Source: Octopus vulgaris (Eukaryota). Taken from it: DNA of 64,000 nucleotides. The stretch is taken from assembly GCA_951406725.2 (NCBI GenBank), contig OX597815.1:163556001-163620000 (forward strand), read 5' to 3'. Below are positions 1-12,764 of this stretch, piece by piece. Positions within the stretch are counted from its first letter, which is position 1; every line of letters begins with the position of its first letter. Both the position numbers and the translations under genes were made by a program. The notes below the pieces were generated by a model. The model had not been told where the DNA came from, did no database searches, and was given only the letters and a program-made list of their open reading frames with translations.

Positions 1-329
1 TGTGCCTATGTAAGAAATCAATATCCAATTAGCTGTTGATAGGATGGTGTCAAACCGGAGACCTCAATTTGAGATGTGATGCAAAACCGAAATTTCTGTT
101 ATTCATTTTGCTTTCGCTTCATGCACACATACGCACGCATGTACGCACGCACGAACGCATGCACGCACGCACGCACACATACACACACGTGCGGGAGCAC
201 ATGCACGTACGAATACGCACATACATTTACGCACACATATAACTTAGTTATGAATGATAGGTCAAATATTACAATTGGTTATAAAGTTTATGTTAAGGGA
301 CATAATTCTCCTGGTGTAGAAGCAAAGGA

Positions 330-442
330 TACATATATGTATATATATATACATATATGTATATACATATATATATATGTATATATACATATGTATATAT
401 GTATGTATATATACATATGCATATATATATGTATGTATATAT
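330..442. repeat. (TA)/(TATG) compound microsatellite
   Basis: Direct inspection. Confidence 0.9.
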
Positions 443-663
443 CCACACACATCCTTCTATGAAGGACATTTAGTGATGGCGAATTGATAATATAAAATGG
501 ACATAAAGTTAAATGCTCTTGGCTTTAGTAGTTGACATTACCGTTGCAAAATCGACAGGCTTCAAAACTATACTGTTTTTGAGGAGATGCCGAGAATTGA
601 AGGGACTGACTTTAGGACGGTTAATGATAGCATAACTGTTTTTTTAACATTTCCCCCCCCCCC

Positions 664-711
<48 letters not shown>

Positions 712-1055
712 TGGAGCCATTGTACCTGTTGGGAAAAGAAATGAGAAAATGAAAATATATACTGTTATTGCATAGTAGCCTTAGAGACAATAGCCAACAT
801 TCTATAGTTGAGGGTAACGGACGCACAAACTCTACAATCTTTGCGTATGTAAGTGTGGATAAGTATGTATGTATATATATATATATATATGTATATATTG
901 GCAGGGCTGGCCTGCTAGGTAGCCGGCCAGAATGCTAGAAATAGATCATAAACGATCAAACTACAAGGGAAATTCTCTAGAGGAAGAATTCAGCGAACAC
1001 CAGAACCAAATTTGGCGGGCAGGACATATGAAAAATTAAATAAAAAACAGACTTA

Positions 1056-1131
1056 AATGCATACCTCGGTTTCGGTCTTAACAAAAGAATTACTTGCATA
1101 ATTCAAGTGTCCGTGACTTCTTCAGTACATT
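1056..1131 (-). ncRNA. Type I minimal hammerhead ribozyme motif (PLE-type)
   Basis: Minus strand reads aaugua-CUGAAGA-aguc...gacc-GAAA-C-CGAG-GUA-ugcauu: 6-bp stem I with one GU pair, intact core boxes, minimal stem III, imperfect base of stem II. Confidence 0.7.
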
Positions 1132-1661
1132 CGGTCCCCGAGATGCAAACCGCAAGACTAACCCCAGCTCTCTGTGTCAAGACAGACACGTGCTTAGTCT
1201 TACTGATTACATCGGGAATAAAATTTCAAATGTCTTGGTTCCGGCGCGCTAAGAGACTCCTGAAGCGATCAAACTACAAGGGAAATTCTGATCGTTTATG
1301 ATCTATTTCTAGCATTCTGGCCGGCTACCTAGCAGGCCAGCCCTGCCAATATACACATATATTTGAATTTTCTCTGACTCCTCAGATTTTTTGAATGCTG
1401 GACTACTGGTTTTAAATTGATATTAAAATTAATATTAATTTATCTCCCTCAATTTTTAAATATTTAAATTAATACGTTCCCTAGTAGTAAGCTTTACCCG
1501 CAGTGAATTATTCACTGCAGCCCTTCGCTTCAGGAGTCTCTTAGCGCGCCGGAACCAAGACATTTGAAATTTTATTCCCGATGTAATCAGTAAGACTAAG
1601 CACGTGTCTGTCTTGACACAGAGAGCTGGGGTTAGTCTTGCGGTTTGCATCTCGAGGACCG

Positions 1662-1737
1662 AATGTACTGAAGAAGTCACGGACACTTGAATTATGCAAG
1701 TAATTCTTTTGTTAAGACCGAAACCGAGGTAGGCATT
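1662..1737 (+). ncRNA. Type I minimal hammerhead ribozyme motif (second copy)
   Basis: aatgta-CTGAAGA-agtc...gacc-GAAACCGAGGTA-ggcatt. Same as the copy at 1056-1131 except a T>G change that breaks the first stem I pair. Confidence 0.65.
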
Positions 1738-1996
1738 TAAGTCTGTTTTTTATTTAATTTTTCATATGTCCTGCCCGCCAAATTTGGTTCTGGTGTTCGC
1801 TGAATTCTTCCTCTAGAGAATTTCCCTTGTAGTTTGATCGTTTATGATCTATTTCTAGCATTCTGGCCGGCTACCTAGCAGGCCAGCCCTGCCAATATAC
1901 ACATATATTTGAATTTTCTCTGACTCCTCAGATTTTTTGAATGCTGGACTACTGGTTTTAAATTGATATTAAAATTAATATTAATTTATCTCCCTC

Positions 1997-2062
<66 letters not shown>

Positions 2063-4462
2063 TTATCTATATGTATATATATTGTTTACTTCATAGAAAT
2101 TTTTTTAACTTTGAGAAAACGTGAAATAATTCTTTTCTGGAGCAGTGAAACTCGGAGCAGATAAAACAATAAATATTGTGTTTAAAAACCCTTTAGATTA
2201 AAAAAAAAAGTCGAAAGCAAGAATAAAGTTTCTAAAATTAACTGAGAAATTCGAAGGATTGCTTTGGTCCGATGGTAGAACGTCTTTCATGTATACAGAT
2301 GCGTATACTACAGGCAGTCTTCGGGGGGGTTTTTCTATCCAAAGGGGATTTTAAACCGATATTTACACGCTATTACTTTAGCTGTTTCGAGTTCCTCTGC
2401 TTTGGCGCCCGCGCACACACACACACACATTAGAGATAAATAGATAGAAAGATAGATAGATCACAAACAGAAAATGGAATACATGAGATTCTTTACTCAA
2501 ATCCACAACAATAGTTTTGACTCATCCTGCACATGTACCTCACCGGGGTTATCCTGTACAATCAATTGTCTTGCATCAAAGGTGTGGATTACAAGTACTT
2601 TACTTCACTTTTTCTCTTCACCACTTCGCTTAGCTCTATAACAATGCATATCTAGATGGCTGCTGCATTCCAGAAGTTCTCTTAAGAAGCTGAGAGGGAA
2701 GACACACTTCTCGTCAAAAGTAATAAAATGCATCCCTATTGTTGCTGACATCAGGTAGCCAATAGCTCTGGATGAGCTTTACACCCGATCATACAAGATT
2801 TCTACCAGAATGTCTTAAATATGTGTGCGTGTGTGCGTGTGTGTGACGTAGGACCCGTAGTGCTAAAGTAATAAACGGAATTTTTTTTAATGAAACCTTA
2901 GGGTAAAAGATAGCATGCATAAACCCTCTTTCAAGCTGCCTTTCATACAAATAAAAGATTTATATTATAATCTGATGTGTTAGTTGCATTCATTTTTATA
3001 ACTTAGAAATGCATTACGTATCTTGCAAACAGGAAGGAAAGGCCAATGACACACACACACACACACACACACACACATCCATGCACACACATACATTACT
3101 TTTATATAATAATTTCGTACTTACACATAATAAGCTGAAGCGCCCATTTAGAAAGTAGTACTAAATTCGAATAAATTTCTTGCACTCATTTAAAGAAAGA
3201 GAATAAAAAAAAATGGAAAAAATATGATAATACATCGATTGATAAATTTCTACGATATCTCATTACAATTATAACAAGATATTTGTAAGAACATTTATAG
3301 AGCATTTATAGAATGCTAAGAGCAATTTCAATAGAATGTAACAGTTATTGTCATCAGCTACAGTTTAGCTCGTGCTAAACCGTACACATCATTCGAGTTA
3401 CTCCTCCGTATGGTCAATATTAAAACGGTAGGTGCATCAGTTTAAATCGGTTTGTATTGTCTTATTTAAAATTTTTTTCTCCGTCTTTGAAAACGCACGT
3501 CGTTTTATTATTGTATTTAGCAACCATTTCAGTAATTAAAAACAAACACAATGGAGAAGAAGAGAACAATTTTACGTTCTTTTATTTTATTCCATTTTAT
3601 AGTTATTTCATTCTATTTTTATTCATTTTGCTAAACGTTATTAATTTAAGTGTTTTTAACCGAAATAGTTAAAACTGTAATTTAATAAAAAGGCAAATAA
3701 AATAGTTACAGAAATATACAATAGCACAAAAAAACCACTAACAGTGCAATATAATAGAGCAAAATACAAGCTAAAGAAATTGAAAAATAATAGCAATAAT
3801 CCATTCTTTATTCGCCACAAGGCCTCTAACATAAAATACAATACGTATAAGACAAAAGAGGCAATAAAACGTGGTGTGATGCATATGTACATAAAACACG
3901 AGGTGGGGGCAAAAAAGCTGTTATACAATGTATTAAGACGGGTTAAAAATTTTGTACGCAAAATGAATACATACAGGTTTTGTATTTATTAGCTATAGTT
4001 TTCTTATATGATAACAAAACATGTCAGGAATTTCGTAGAATTAGAACCTCTTCGTGAGAGGTTTACAGAGTCTTGTTTGACTCTTACTTAAACTTACTTG
4101 ATTAGTTCCTGTTTTTTTTTTTACTGATTCCGACAATTTCCCAACCTCATAAGTCATCATTTTTCTTTGCATTGCTTCACAGTAATTTCAAGTGTTTTTT
4201 TGCTGCAGAAGAAGACATCCTAGGATGCTCACTCGTCATCAGTGAGAGGTGTTGGTGAACTTAAAGACAAAGCTACTATCAGACATGCTACGATGTTATT
4301 CTGGAAACAGTGATAACAACATGCATTGTTTACGTCTCTAGAACGTACTGCTACTGATGCTGTCTACCGCTATCAAACTTATTTTTTTGGAATTTTCTTC
4401 GTCTATTGATCAAGAAACTATCATAGGGCCTTTACTACCACATACGTTGTGACTGCACCTTC

Positions 4463-4950
4463 GGCTCTGCACCATCGGCTCTGCACCATCGGCTCTGCAT
4501 CTTCGGCTCTGCACCATCGGCTCCTCAGCGCCTTTGGTTCGGTACCTTCGGCTCTGAACCTTCGCCTCTACACCTTCAGTTCAGCACCATCGGTTCTGAA
4601 TCTTCGGCTCTGCACTTTCGGCTCTGCACTTTCGGCTCTGCACTTTCGGCTCAGCGTCTTCGACCCTGTACCATCAGCTCTGCACCTTCGGCTCTGTACC
4701 TTCGGCTCTGCACCTTTGGCTCTGCACTTTCAGCTCAGCACTATTGGCTCAGTAGCTTCGGCTTAGCGCTTTCGGCACTGAACCTTCGGCACTGCACCTA
4801 CGGCGTTGCACCTTCGGATCTGCACCACCAGTTCTGCATCTTTAGCTCAGTACCATCGGCCCTGCCTCATCGGCTCTGCGCCTTCAGCTCTGTACAATCA
4901 GATATGTACCTTCGGCTCGGTACCTTCGACTAAGCACCTTCGGCTCAGCA
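4463..4950. repeat. Minisatellite, 14-bp unit (CTGCACCTTCGGCT), ~35 degenerate copies
   Basis: Tandem ctgcaccttcggct/ctgcaccatcggct units; explains the repetitive ORFs 4449-4766 and 4806-5012. Confidence 0.92.
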
Positions 4951-5304
4951 CATCCTGCTCTATCCACTTCACTTTCTCTCCACTCCCTCAGTGGACTAGA
5001 ACTCCTGGATAGCTTTGTAGACATAGGATATCATTAAAACCCCGATCTTAATATAGAGAATACTCGATCGATGTTGTTACATGTGTGGGCAGATTGCATT
5101 GTTGTGCAAGGCCTTACTGTTGTGCTCACTATTATGCAAAGGCCCTTACCAATATCTATGTCACATGTCCATATCAATATGTCTGCAATCCTTATATCCC
5201 GGGAGCCATATGCTCTGGCAACAGCCAATTGGAAGTTGTATTACGCATTAGCTCTATATATCTCTTCACCTCGTACTAAAATGCACAATAGCTGTCACTA
5301 ATAA

Positions 5305-5488
5305 TCCTTTCTACTAAAGGCACACGGCCTGAAATTTGGAGGAGGCAGATAGTCGAGTACATCGACCCCAGTACTCAACAGATACTAATTTTATCGATTC
5401 CGAAAGGGTGAAATACCAAGTCGAACTCAGCGGAATTTGAACTCAGAACATGAACGGCATACTAACGATTCTGCCAACTTGCCGCCTT
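5305..5488 (-). mobile_element. SINE family A copy (decayed)
   Basis: Reverse-complement similarity to 9304-9533. Confidence 0.75.
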
Positions 5489-5679
5489 AACTGTTACTAA
5501 TAGTAACATAACGAAAACAAGCCCAGCCATCAAAGCCAGCACAAGCTTACGAAATAATACTTATTTGGAAAGTAATTCTGTGGCAGTTATGTGGGTGATG
5601 TGTTGTATAATCTCATCGTACTTCCTTCCCCACGCATTCTTAAACCCACGCCTGATATACAGCTTACATTGTTTTATTT

Positions 5680-5963
5680 CTTTGCTTTTATTCTTTTATC
5701 TCAATCCTTTGACTGCGGACATGCTGGAGCACCGCCTGAAAGGGTTTTAGTCGAAGAAATCGACCGCAGGACTTAAACTTTTTAAAACCTAGTACTTATT
5801 ATATCGGTATATTTTGCCGAACCGCTATGTTACGAGGTCGTAAACACACCAACAACGGTCGTCAAGTGATGGTGTACAAACACAGATACAAAGACACACA
5901 CACACATACACACACACACACACACATACACACACACATACACACACATACACACACACACAC

Positions 5964-6019
<56 letters not shown>

Positions 6020-6178
6020 ATATATATACGACGGGCTTCTTTCAGTTTCCGTCAACCAAATCCACTCAGAAAGTTTTGGTCGGCCTGAGGCTATAGTTGA
6101 AGACATTTGACCAAGGTGCCACGCAGCGGTATTGAAACCGTGGTTGGGAAGCAAGCTTCTTACCATACAGCCACGCCA
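5680..6178 (-). mobile_element. SINE family B (tRNA head, CORE-like segment, internal (TA)/(TG) microsatellite)
   Basis: Reverse-complement similarity to 22249-22670 and 15912-16330. Confidence 0.85.
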
Positions 6179-6546
6179 AAATTACCTAAACGGAAAATTC
6201 TCCTACATAATGATTGTGGTGGTACACTGCACCCATGGGCAATAACAGATGCATAAAACACCACAGCCAAAAGTATAAGTTTCAAATCTGGTATGAAAAT
6301 TCTCTTTACCAAAGTATAAACAACTATACGATTGATCCGAAGGAAAATAAAGCTGGAATGCGTAGTTCCATAACTTAGATAAATATATGGTTTCATACTT
6401 TATTCCAGTATATAGTTCCAATATTGTACTTACATGCACAGAATCATTCGTTTTCCCCAGCAGAAACTCTTTGAGATATTTTCCCGTAAGTGTATCATAC
6501 AACATACTAGATTTGTTTTTATGTTATAAAATGTACATGTAAAATA

Positions 6547-7062
6547 AGAGGCGCGTGGCTTAGTGGTTAGGGTGTTGAACTCATGATCGTAAGGTTGTGG
6601 TTTCGATTCCTGGACCGGACGATGCGTTGTGTTCTTGAGCAAAACACTTCATTTCCCGTTGCTCCAGTCCACTCAGCTGGCAAAAATGAGTAATTCTGCG
6701 ACGGACCGGCGTCCCGTCCAGGTGGAGAATTTCTACGCCACTGAAACCGGGAAACCGGCCCTTATGAGCCTGACATGGCTCGAGAAGGAACATTTACATG
6801 AGGAGGCGCAATGGCCCAGTGGTTAGGGCAGCGGACTCGCGGTCGGAGGATCGCGGTTTCGGTTCCCAGACTGGGCGTTGTGTGTGTTTATTGAGCGAAA
6901 ACAGCTAAAACTCTTCGAGGCTCCGACACTAAAACTCTTTCGCCCTACTTTCTCTCATGTTTCTTGAGTAACGCTGCGACGGACTGGCGTCCCGTCCCGC
7001 TGGGAGGAACACATATGCCATAGAAACCGGGCTAGGCGTGAAAAGGGCGCATAATTAAAAAA
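6547..7062 (+). mobile_element. Two tandem tRNA-derived SINEs (family C variants) within one target-site duplication
   Basis: Heads gaggcgcgtggcttagtggttagg (6548) and ggaggcgcaatggcccagtggttagg (6802), each with A/B-box-like motifs. The direct repeat tacatgtaaaataa flanks the pair. Confidence 0.85.
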
Positions 7063-7380
7063 ATACATGTAAAATAACGGGATGTTTTATACAAGTGTAC
7101 CTCTTATGCACCGGAAAATGCGGTAATGGACTATTTTCTTAATCTAGATTTCAGGCCTAGTGTCTAAGTGAACAGTCAGAATCCTTAGAGTGCTGGTAAA
7201 AATAACTTGCTATACGTTTCCTGGCTCTTTACATTCTGAGTTCAAACTCCGCAGTTTGACGTTAATTATATCGACCACGGGTGGTCCATGCAATAACCTA
7301 TCAGGAAAATACTGGGGACGAATATACCGAACTATCTTTTCCTTCTCAAAATTTCTGGACTTGTGCCTAAAATCAGAAAA

Positions 7381-7403
7381 CATCATCGTTATCATCATCA
7401 TCA

Positions 7404-7497
<94 letters not shown>

Positions 7498-7576
7498 CAG
7501 CAGTAGTAGTAGTATTGACGACAATGACAAAAATATTAATAAAAATGCCGATTTCTTTGACGATACTAATAGTATT

Positions 7577-7646
<70 letters not shown>

Positions 7647-7788
7647 GAAGAAGAAGACAAAGAAGAAGAAGAAGAAGAAGAAGACAAAGAAGAAGAAGAA
7701 GAAGCAGAAGAAGAAGAAGAAGAAGAAGAAGAAGAAGAAGAAGAAGAAGAAGAAGAAGAAGAAGAAGAGAAGAAGAAAAAGAAGAAAA
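7381..7788. repeat. Compound triplet microsatellite (ATC/ATT/AGT/AAT/AAG)
   Basis: Direct inspection; source of the poly-I/S/R/F/L ORFs. Confidence 0.95.
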
Positions 7789-8284
7789 ATATCGTTTAAA
7801 GATGCACCAACTTGATTGATATTATATTCAGGAGAAAACAATGAGTATTGATTTCCACCTTTGTCCAATAATATATAATGTGAAAATACTGAAATGTAGG
7901 CGTGAATTATACGTACTAAGCTTTTGTTAAAATTTAGTTGTTGTGTCGTATGAGATTGCTGTAGTTATCTGTTGCCGAATGGGTTGTAACATAAAAAGAG
8001 AGAGAGAGAGGGAGAGAAAGAAAAAGTATGTGGCGGAGTGTATGGGGGAGGGGAGGCGGAGAAGAAATGGAACAGAAATATTGAAGGAAATAATTGGGGG
8101 AAAGAGAGAAATGAAGTAGTAAGAGAAACTATGCAGAAGACTTGTTACAGATGGAAATGGAATCAAAAGCACTCGTGTACACATATGTCGACAAATGCAA
8201 ACATACATACACGCCTCAAACATATATACATTTATGTATGTATATATATGTCTATCTATATATGAATATGTATGTGTATGTGTG

Positions 8285-8328
<44 letters not shown>

Positions 8329-8589
8329 TATGAGTGTGTGTGTATGTATATATGTATGAAGGTGATGCTTCATTTTGTCTCTTTTGTGAGATACTCGTTT
8401 CCGCGCATATTCTAAGTATTATTTTGTTTCTTTTGTCTTTACATATGCAAAATGCTGTCCCTATGTAAGCAAATGAATAAATTCCCACAAAAAAAAAAAG
8501 ATAAAAAAATAGATAAATAGAATAAACACCCATTCCGTATCCAAATGAGGTAAACACGTCATTAACTGTACAGAATTTTGCATTGGGTT

Positions 8590-9060
8590 ATTTTGTATCG
8601 AGTTGTTTTGCATTGAGCGTGATAGATATTACGGATGTAGGATGGGATGCAGCGTAAAAGAGGTACGTAATTTTGTTAAGGTAAATGGAAATGAGCTTTT
8701 TGAAGCAGACGTATGAAGCGACAATATGGAGGCCGGTTTTGTCAGGTTTATGGATTTTCAGGAGGTGGTAGATAGTAGACGTACGTGGGATTTGAATGAT
8801 GGGTTTGTCACTATGGACGGAAGTAGATAAGGGGAGGTGACATGAGGTACGGCTGGGGCTGGAGACAACTTTTTGATTGTAGTGATTGCAGACGTTGGGT
8901 AGTTTTCCGTAGTTTTGTAATGATTGCTCAGATTACGGAAGCACTTCGTCCCTGTATAAGTTTGAACGCCAAACCACGATCGCATCATACTTATACGCTA
9001 GTTCGATGACCATGTGTTGTCAGGGATGGACTGAGCGAGCGGAATTTAGCAACAACTGCA
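8590..9060 (-). pseudogene. Highly decayed Penelope-like reverse transcriptase fragment (N-terminal RT region)
   Basis: Minus strand encodes PRTSTIYHLLKIHKPDKTGLHIVASY, resembling the PLE motif FYxLPKIHKPxxPGRPIVS, followed by a PSYIRN-like segment. Frameshifted. Confidence 0.7.
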
Positions 9061-9303
9061 CAAAGAGACAAAAGCCCACAATCTGAGCTACAATTTTTTT
9101 TTATTTTTTCGAGTTTCAGTTCACGAGCTGTGGCCATGCTGGGGCACCGCCATTTGGTGTTGCTACATAATTTTACTTTGCGAATGCTTCTTAGGATAAA
9201 TAACCAGGTTATTATATACACAGTATATAGTATACTGTACAGTTGTACAATACATAATACACATATACATGCACAAATGCATACATATATAGTATATACA
9301 TAA

Positions 9304-9533
9304 GGCGGCGAGCTGGCAGAAACGTTAGCACGCCGGGCGAAATGCGTAGCCGTATTTCGTCAGTCGTTACGTTCCGAGTTCAAATTCCGCCGAGGTCGAC
9401 TTTGCCTTTCATCCTTTCGGGGTCGTTAAATTAAGTACCAGTTACGCACTGGGGTCGATGTAATCGACTTAATCCCTTTGTCTGTCCTTATTTGTCCCCT
9501 CTGTGTTTAGCCCCTTGTGGGTAGTAAAGAAAT
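9304..9533 (+). mobile_element. SINE family A, full-length young copy
   Basis: Head ggcggcgagctggcagaaacgttagc, B-box-like gagttcaaattcc, central gcctttcatcctttcggggtcg, tail cccttgtgggtagtaaagaaat. Flanking direct repeat tatatagtatatacata. Confidence 0.92.
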
Positions 9534-9890
9534 ATATATAGTATATACATACACGCATACACACACACATACATATATAAATCAAAGAGATAACACCGGA
9601 AAAGCCAAATATCATGAAATGATCGTCATTCGTCTACAGCTGTTTCTGCAATAAGATGTGGTGGATTCTTGGTTGGCCCTTTAGCTTCATCTGAGCCTTG
9701 AATGTGAAGTGCACTTTATTTGGGAAAGTTACATTTTCAGAACATACAGGCGTTATAAGTGAGAAAGTTGATGTTGATGGCTATGGAAAGTTCTATCTCG
9801 AAGTAGAAAAATATGCAAATATGCGCATGTGTTCAGGCTCTCACTGTGCCTAAGCAAAATATTAATACATACATACATACATATATATGA

Positions 9891-10205
9891 AGGCGCGTGG
9901 CTTAGTGGTTAGGGCATTCGGCTCACGAATGTTAAGGTCGTGAGTTCGATTTCCGGCGACGCGTTGTGTTCTTGAGCAAGACACTTTATTTCAAGTTGCT
10001 CGAGTCCACTCAGCTGGCAAAAATGAGTTGAACCTGTATTTCAAAGGGCCGGCTTTGTCATACTTTGTGTCACGCTGAATCTCCCCGAGAATTACGTTAG
10101 GGGTACGCGTGTCTGTGGATTTCTCAGTCACTTGCATGTTAATTTTATGAGCAGGCTGTTCCGTTGATCGTATCACCTGGGACCCTCGTTGTCGTAACCG
10201 ACGGA
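9891..10205 (+). mobile_element. SINE family C variant with alternative 3' tail
   Basis: Head ggcgcgtggcttagtggttaggg and core gtgttcttgagcaagacactt. The tail matches 52560-52700 in reverse complement. Confidence 0.85.
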
Positions 10206-11632
10206 CTACACTAAATAAATTGCATGAATGAATAAAAGACAAAAATAAGTTAGTAAATTTGTTATACAGCGTACGTTAATCGATATTATTTGTGTTACTG
10301 TCCACTAATTGTGTGGAGTGGTTTATTTCCATCAAAACATAAATAATTGAATTGTATAGGAGAGTTCTGACATAGATAAGCCATGCAATATTGGTTGAAT
10401 CATGACAAAAAGATAAGGGTTGTGTACCAGTAATGTATTGTCTATCTCGAAGAGAGCCATCCTATAAAATAATATTTGAAAACTATGCAATTTTAGCCTT
10501 TTCAATTATAACAAAATGTTTGCTGTTTTAATAATAACAAAATCGGCAGAAATTGCTGTGCTTAACTTTCTCGTTACTGCCGTTATCAACTATAATGTAC
10601 ATTCGTACAAGAGAAGAATATGAGATAAGATGCATATTTGGAAAATAGTTATTTTAGTACTATTTTATTTTTATAACATTTTAGGCTATTGTAAAGATTG
10701 CAATTTCTCAAACGATATATGTGGCCTCCGAAGTCTATTCGCTATTCCGTCACCAAGACTGGAATCCCTATTTAACATACTGTCAAGGTATCGAGAGGAA
10801 AACAAAAACCTTCCAAGTTGTTTTGTTGTGTGCTTTGCAAGTACGAGTTTCTGGTTTAGTTTAGTTCCGCTGCGCGACATCTTGAGAGTTTAACTTTTAC
10901 TATACCCTCTGGATCGACCATTGCCTTATAAGGGAACTTGGTAGACATGAACTGAGGAACTGAATGGAAGTGCGTCGGATATGTATGTATATATATATAT
11001 GTGTATGTGTTTATATGTGTGTGTAAGTGTGTGTGTGTAAAGGTAAGATCCAAGGTTCAAGGTGTAGGAAGATAGTAAGCCTCAAGCAGTCCGTAGAAGG
11101 TATAAAAGACAACTTTCAGGCACAAAATGGTTTATTGGCGAAGAAGGTTGGGAATTTTTCCCGTATCATAGGTTATTTCATAGTTGTTGTTTATCCATAT
11201 AAATATCCCAAAATTATGGAAGGAAGTAGATATAATTCAGGTTACATATGCTTCATAGCCAGTGGAAACTCGGAAGTAGTAATTATTCAAACGAAGGGTA
11301 GACCATAAGCTACTCTTCAGGCCAAGGATATTTTGATTACATGAAGTCTACATTGTCGTTAGAGACCCCCTAATTACTACTTCTAACGTTCCACTAACTA
11401 TGAAACAGATGTAGCCTGGATTTTATCTACTTCATTCCCTAATTTTTGTATATATATATATTCTCATTGACAAGAGTAAAAAAAATCGAAACATCGATGA
11501 CTGATATTCCTAACAGATGGCGACACTGAACGAAATGGGTGTTTTCATACCTTTTACCATTAGAGAGACATTTTTCTCCACGGAAACTGCAGTATATTTG
11601 CCTTTTAGCAGTTGAAATATGTGACAAACATA

Positions 11633-11830
11633 TCGCTTGACAACCGATGTTGGTGTGTTTACGTTCTTGTAATCTAGCGGTTCGTCAAAGGAGCCCAATA
11701 GAAAAAGTGTCAGGCTTACAAAGAATAAGGCTTTGGGTCGATTTCTTCGACTAAGAAAAAAAACTTTGAGGCGGTGCTACAGCATGGCCGTAGTAAAAAT
11801 GACTGAAACAAATAAAAGAATAAAAGAATA
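11633..11830 (+). mobile_element. SINE family B 3' half
   Basis: tcgcttgacaaccgatg...ggcggtgctacagcatggccg, matching the 3' parts of other B copies. Confidence 0.8.
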
Positions 11831-11841
11831 CTGCGAAAAAC

Positions 11842-11885
<44 letters not shown>

Positions 11886-12638
11886 TGAGAAGAGAAAGGA
11901 GGTAGATAGAGTAAAACATATCTGAACACAGTTGTCTATGTATGTGCGTGTAATAAATATGTATGTGTTCGTATTTGTGTATTTAACTTCAGTACAAATT
12001 ACGACAAAGGAAGAAAAAAAATTGCTTCAATACGTGCGCGAGGGCAAAAAAACGACAATTCAAAACTTTGTATTAACGCTATTACCACCTCTCATTTCAT
12101 TTCTCTGTCTCTGCATCTCCCTCTCTCCCTGAATCTGTCTCTCTCTTCCTTTCTCTCTTGCCGTTTCTTCATACATGCTTATTTACATACATACGTAGGC
12201 AAACACACACAAATCCAACACATGCAGCCATATACACTTGCATGCACACTCAACAAGCGAAGTACACACACGCCAACACACACACACACACACACATTGA
12301 AAACGTACATTGAAAGGACCATAAGTATGTTACAATATATGAACCTACTTGTAATGCTCTTTTTAACAAAAGAACATATATGAGAAAAGGGAGAAAAAAA
12401 ATTGGTAAAGAATTACTCAAACCAACTTAAAAATGAAACAAACCGTACACTATCATAACATTGTCAATTGCATACAATTAAAGAGAACCGAAACTGCAAA
12501 GAAAGTTTCAGGAATTAAAAAATTAGAAAGCAAGAAAAGTGAAGAGGGTTGCTATTTCAAGAATATAATCGCAAAAGTGTCATGCAGAGAGTATAGTACG
12601 CAAGCAGCAGCAGTAGTAGTAGTAGTAGTAGTAGTTAC

Positions 12639-12698
12639 TTGCCAAATGGTATCTCTTTGATACGTGTTCAGTTTTGAAGGAGTGTTTCGGAAATTCAT
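12639..12698 (-). CDS. Candidate 60-nt symmetric (phase 1-1) exon
   Basis: catttcag|ATGAATTT...GGCAA|gtaact; frame (D)EFPKHSFKTEHVSKRYHLA. Confidence 0.22.
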
Positions 12699-12764
12699 CT
12701 GAAATGGTATTTGTCTTTTGAATTGCCAAATAGTAAAACAATAACAACAAAAGCAATAATATAG

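Larger units (their letters stand above)
894..2002 (+). mobile_element. Non-autonomous Penelope-like element made of pseudo-LTRs (inverted copy + partial tandem copy + full copy), inserted in (TA)n
   Basis: 894-1268 is the near-perfect reverse complement of ~1525-1899. 1290-1456 is a direct repeat of ~1836-2002. Both ends abut (TA)n. Each long copy contains a hammerhead motif. Inverted and partial-tandem pLTRs are an established PLE architecture. Confidence 0.75.

Noticed and set aside
6548-6620. tRNA genes at SINE heads (also 9891, 56540, 62318)
   Set aside because: The A/B-box-like heads continue into SINE bodies with TSDs, and no complete cloverleaf was found.
7190-7868. Poly-I/S/R and poly-F/L ORFs
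   Set aside because: Triplet microsatellite read-through.
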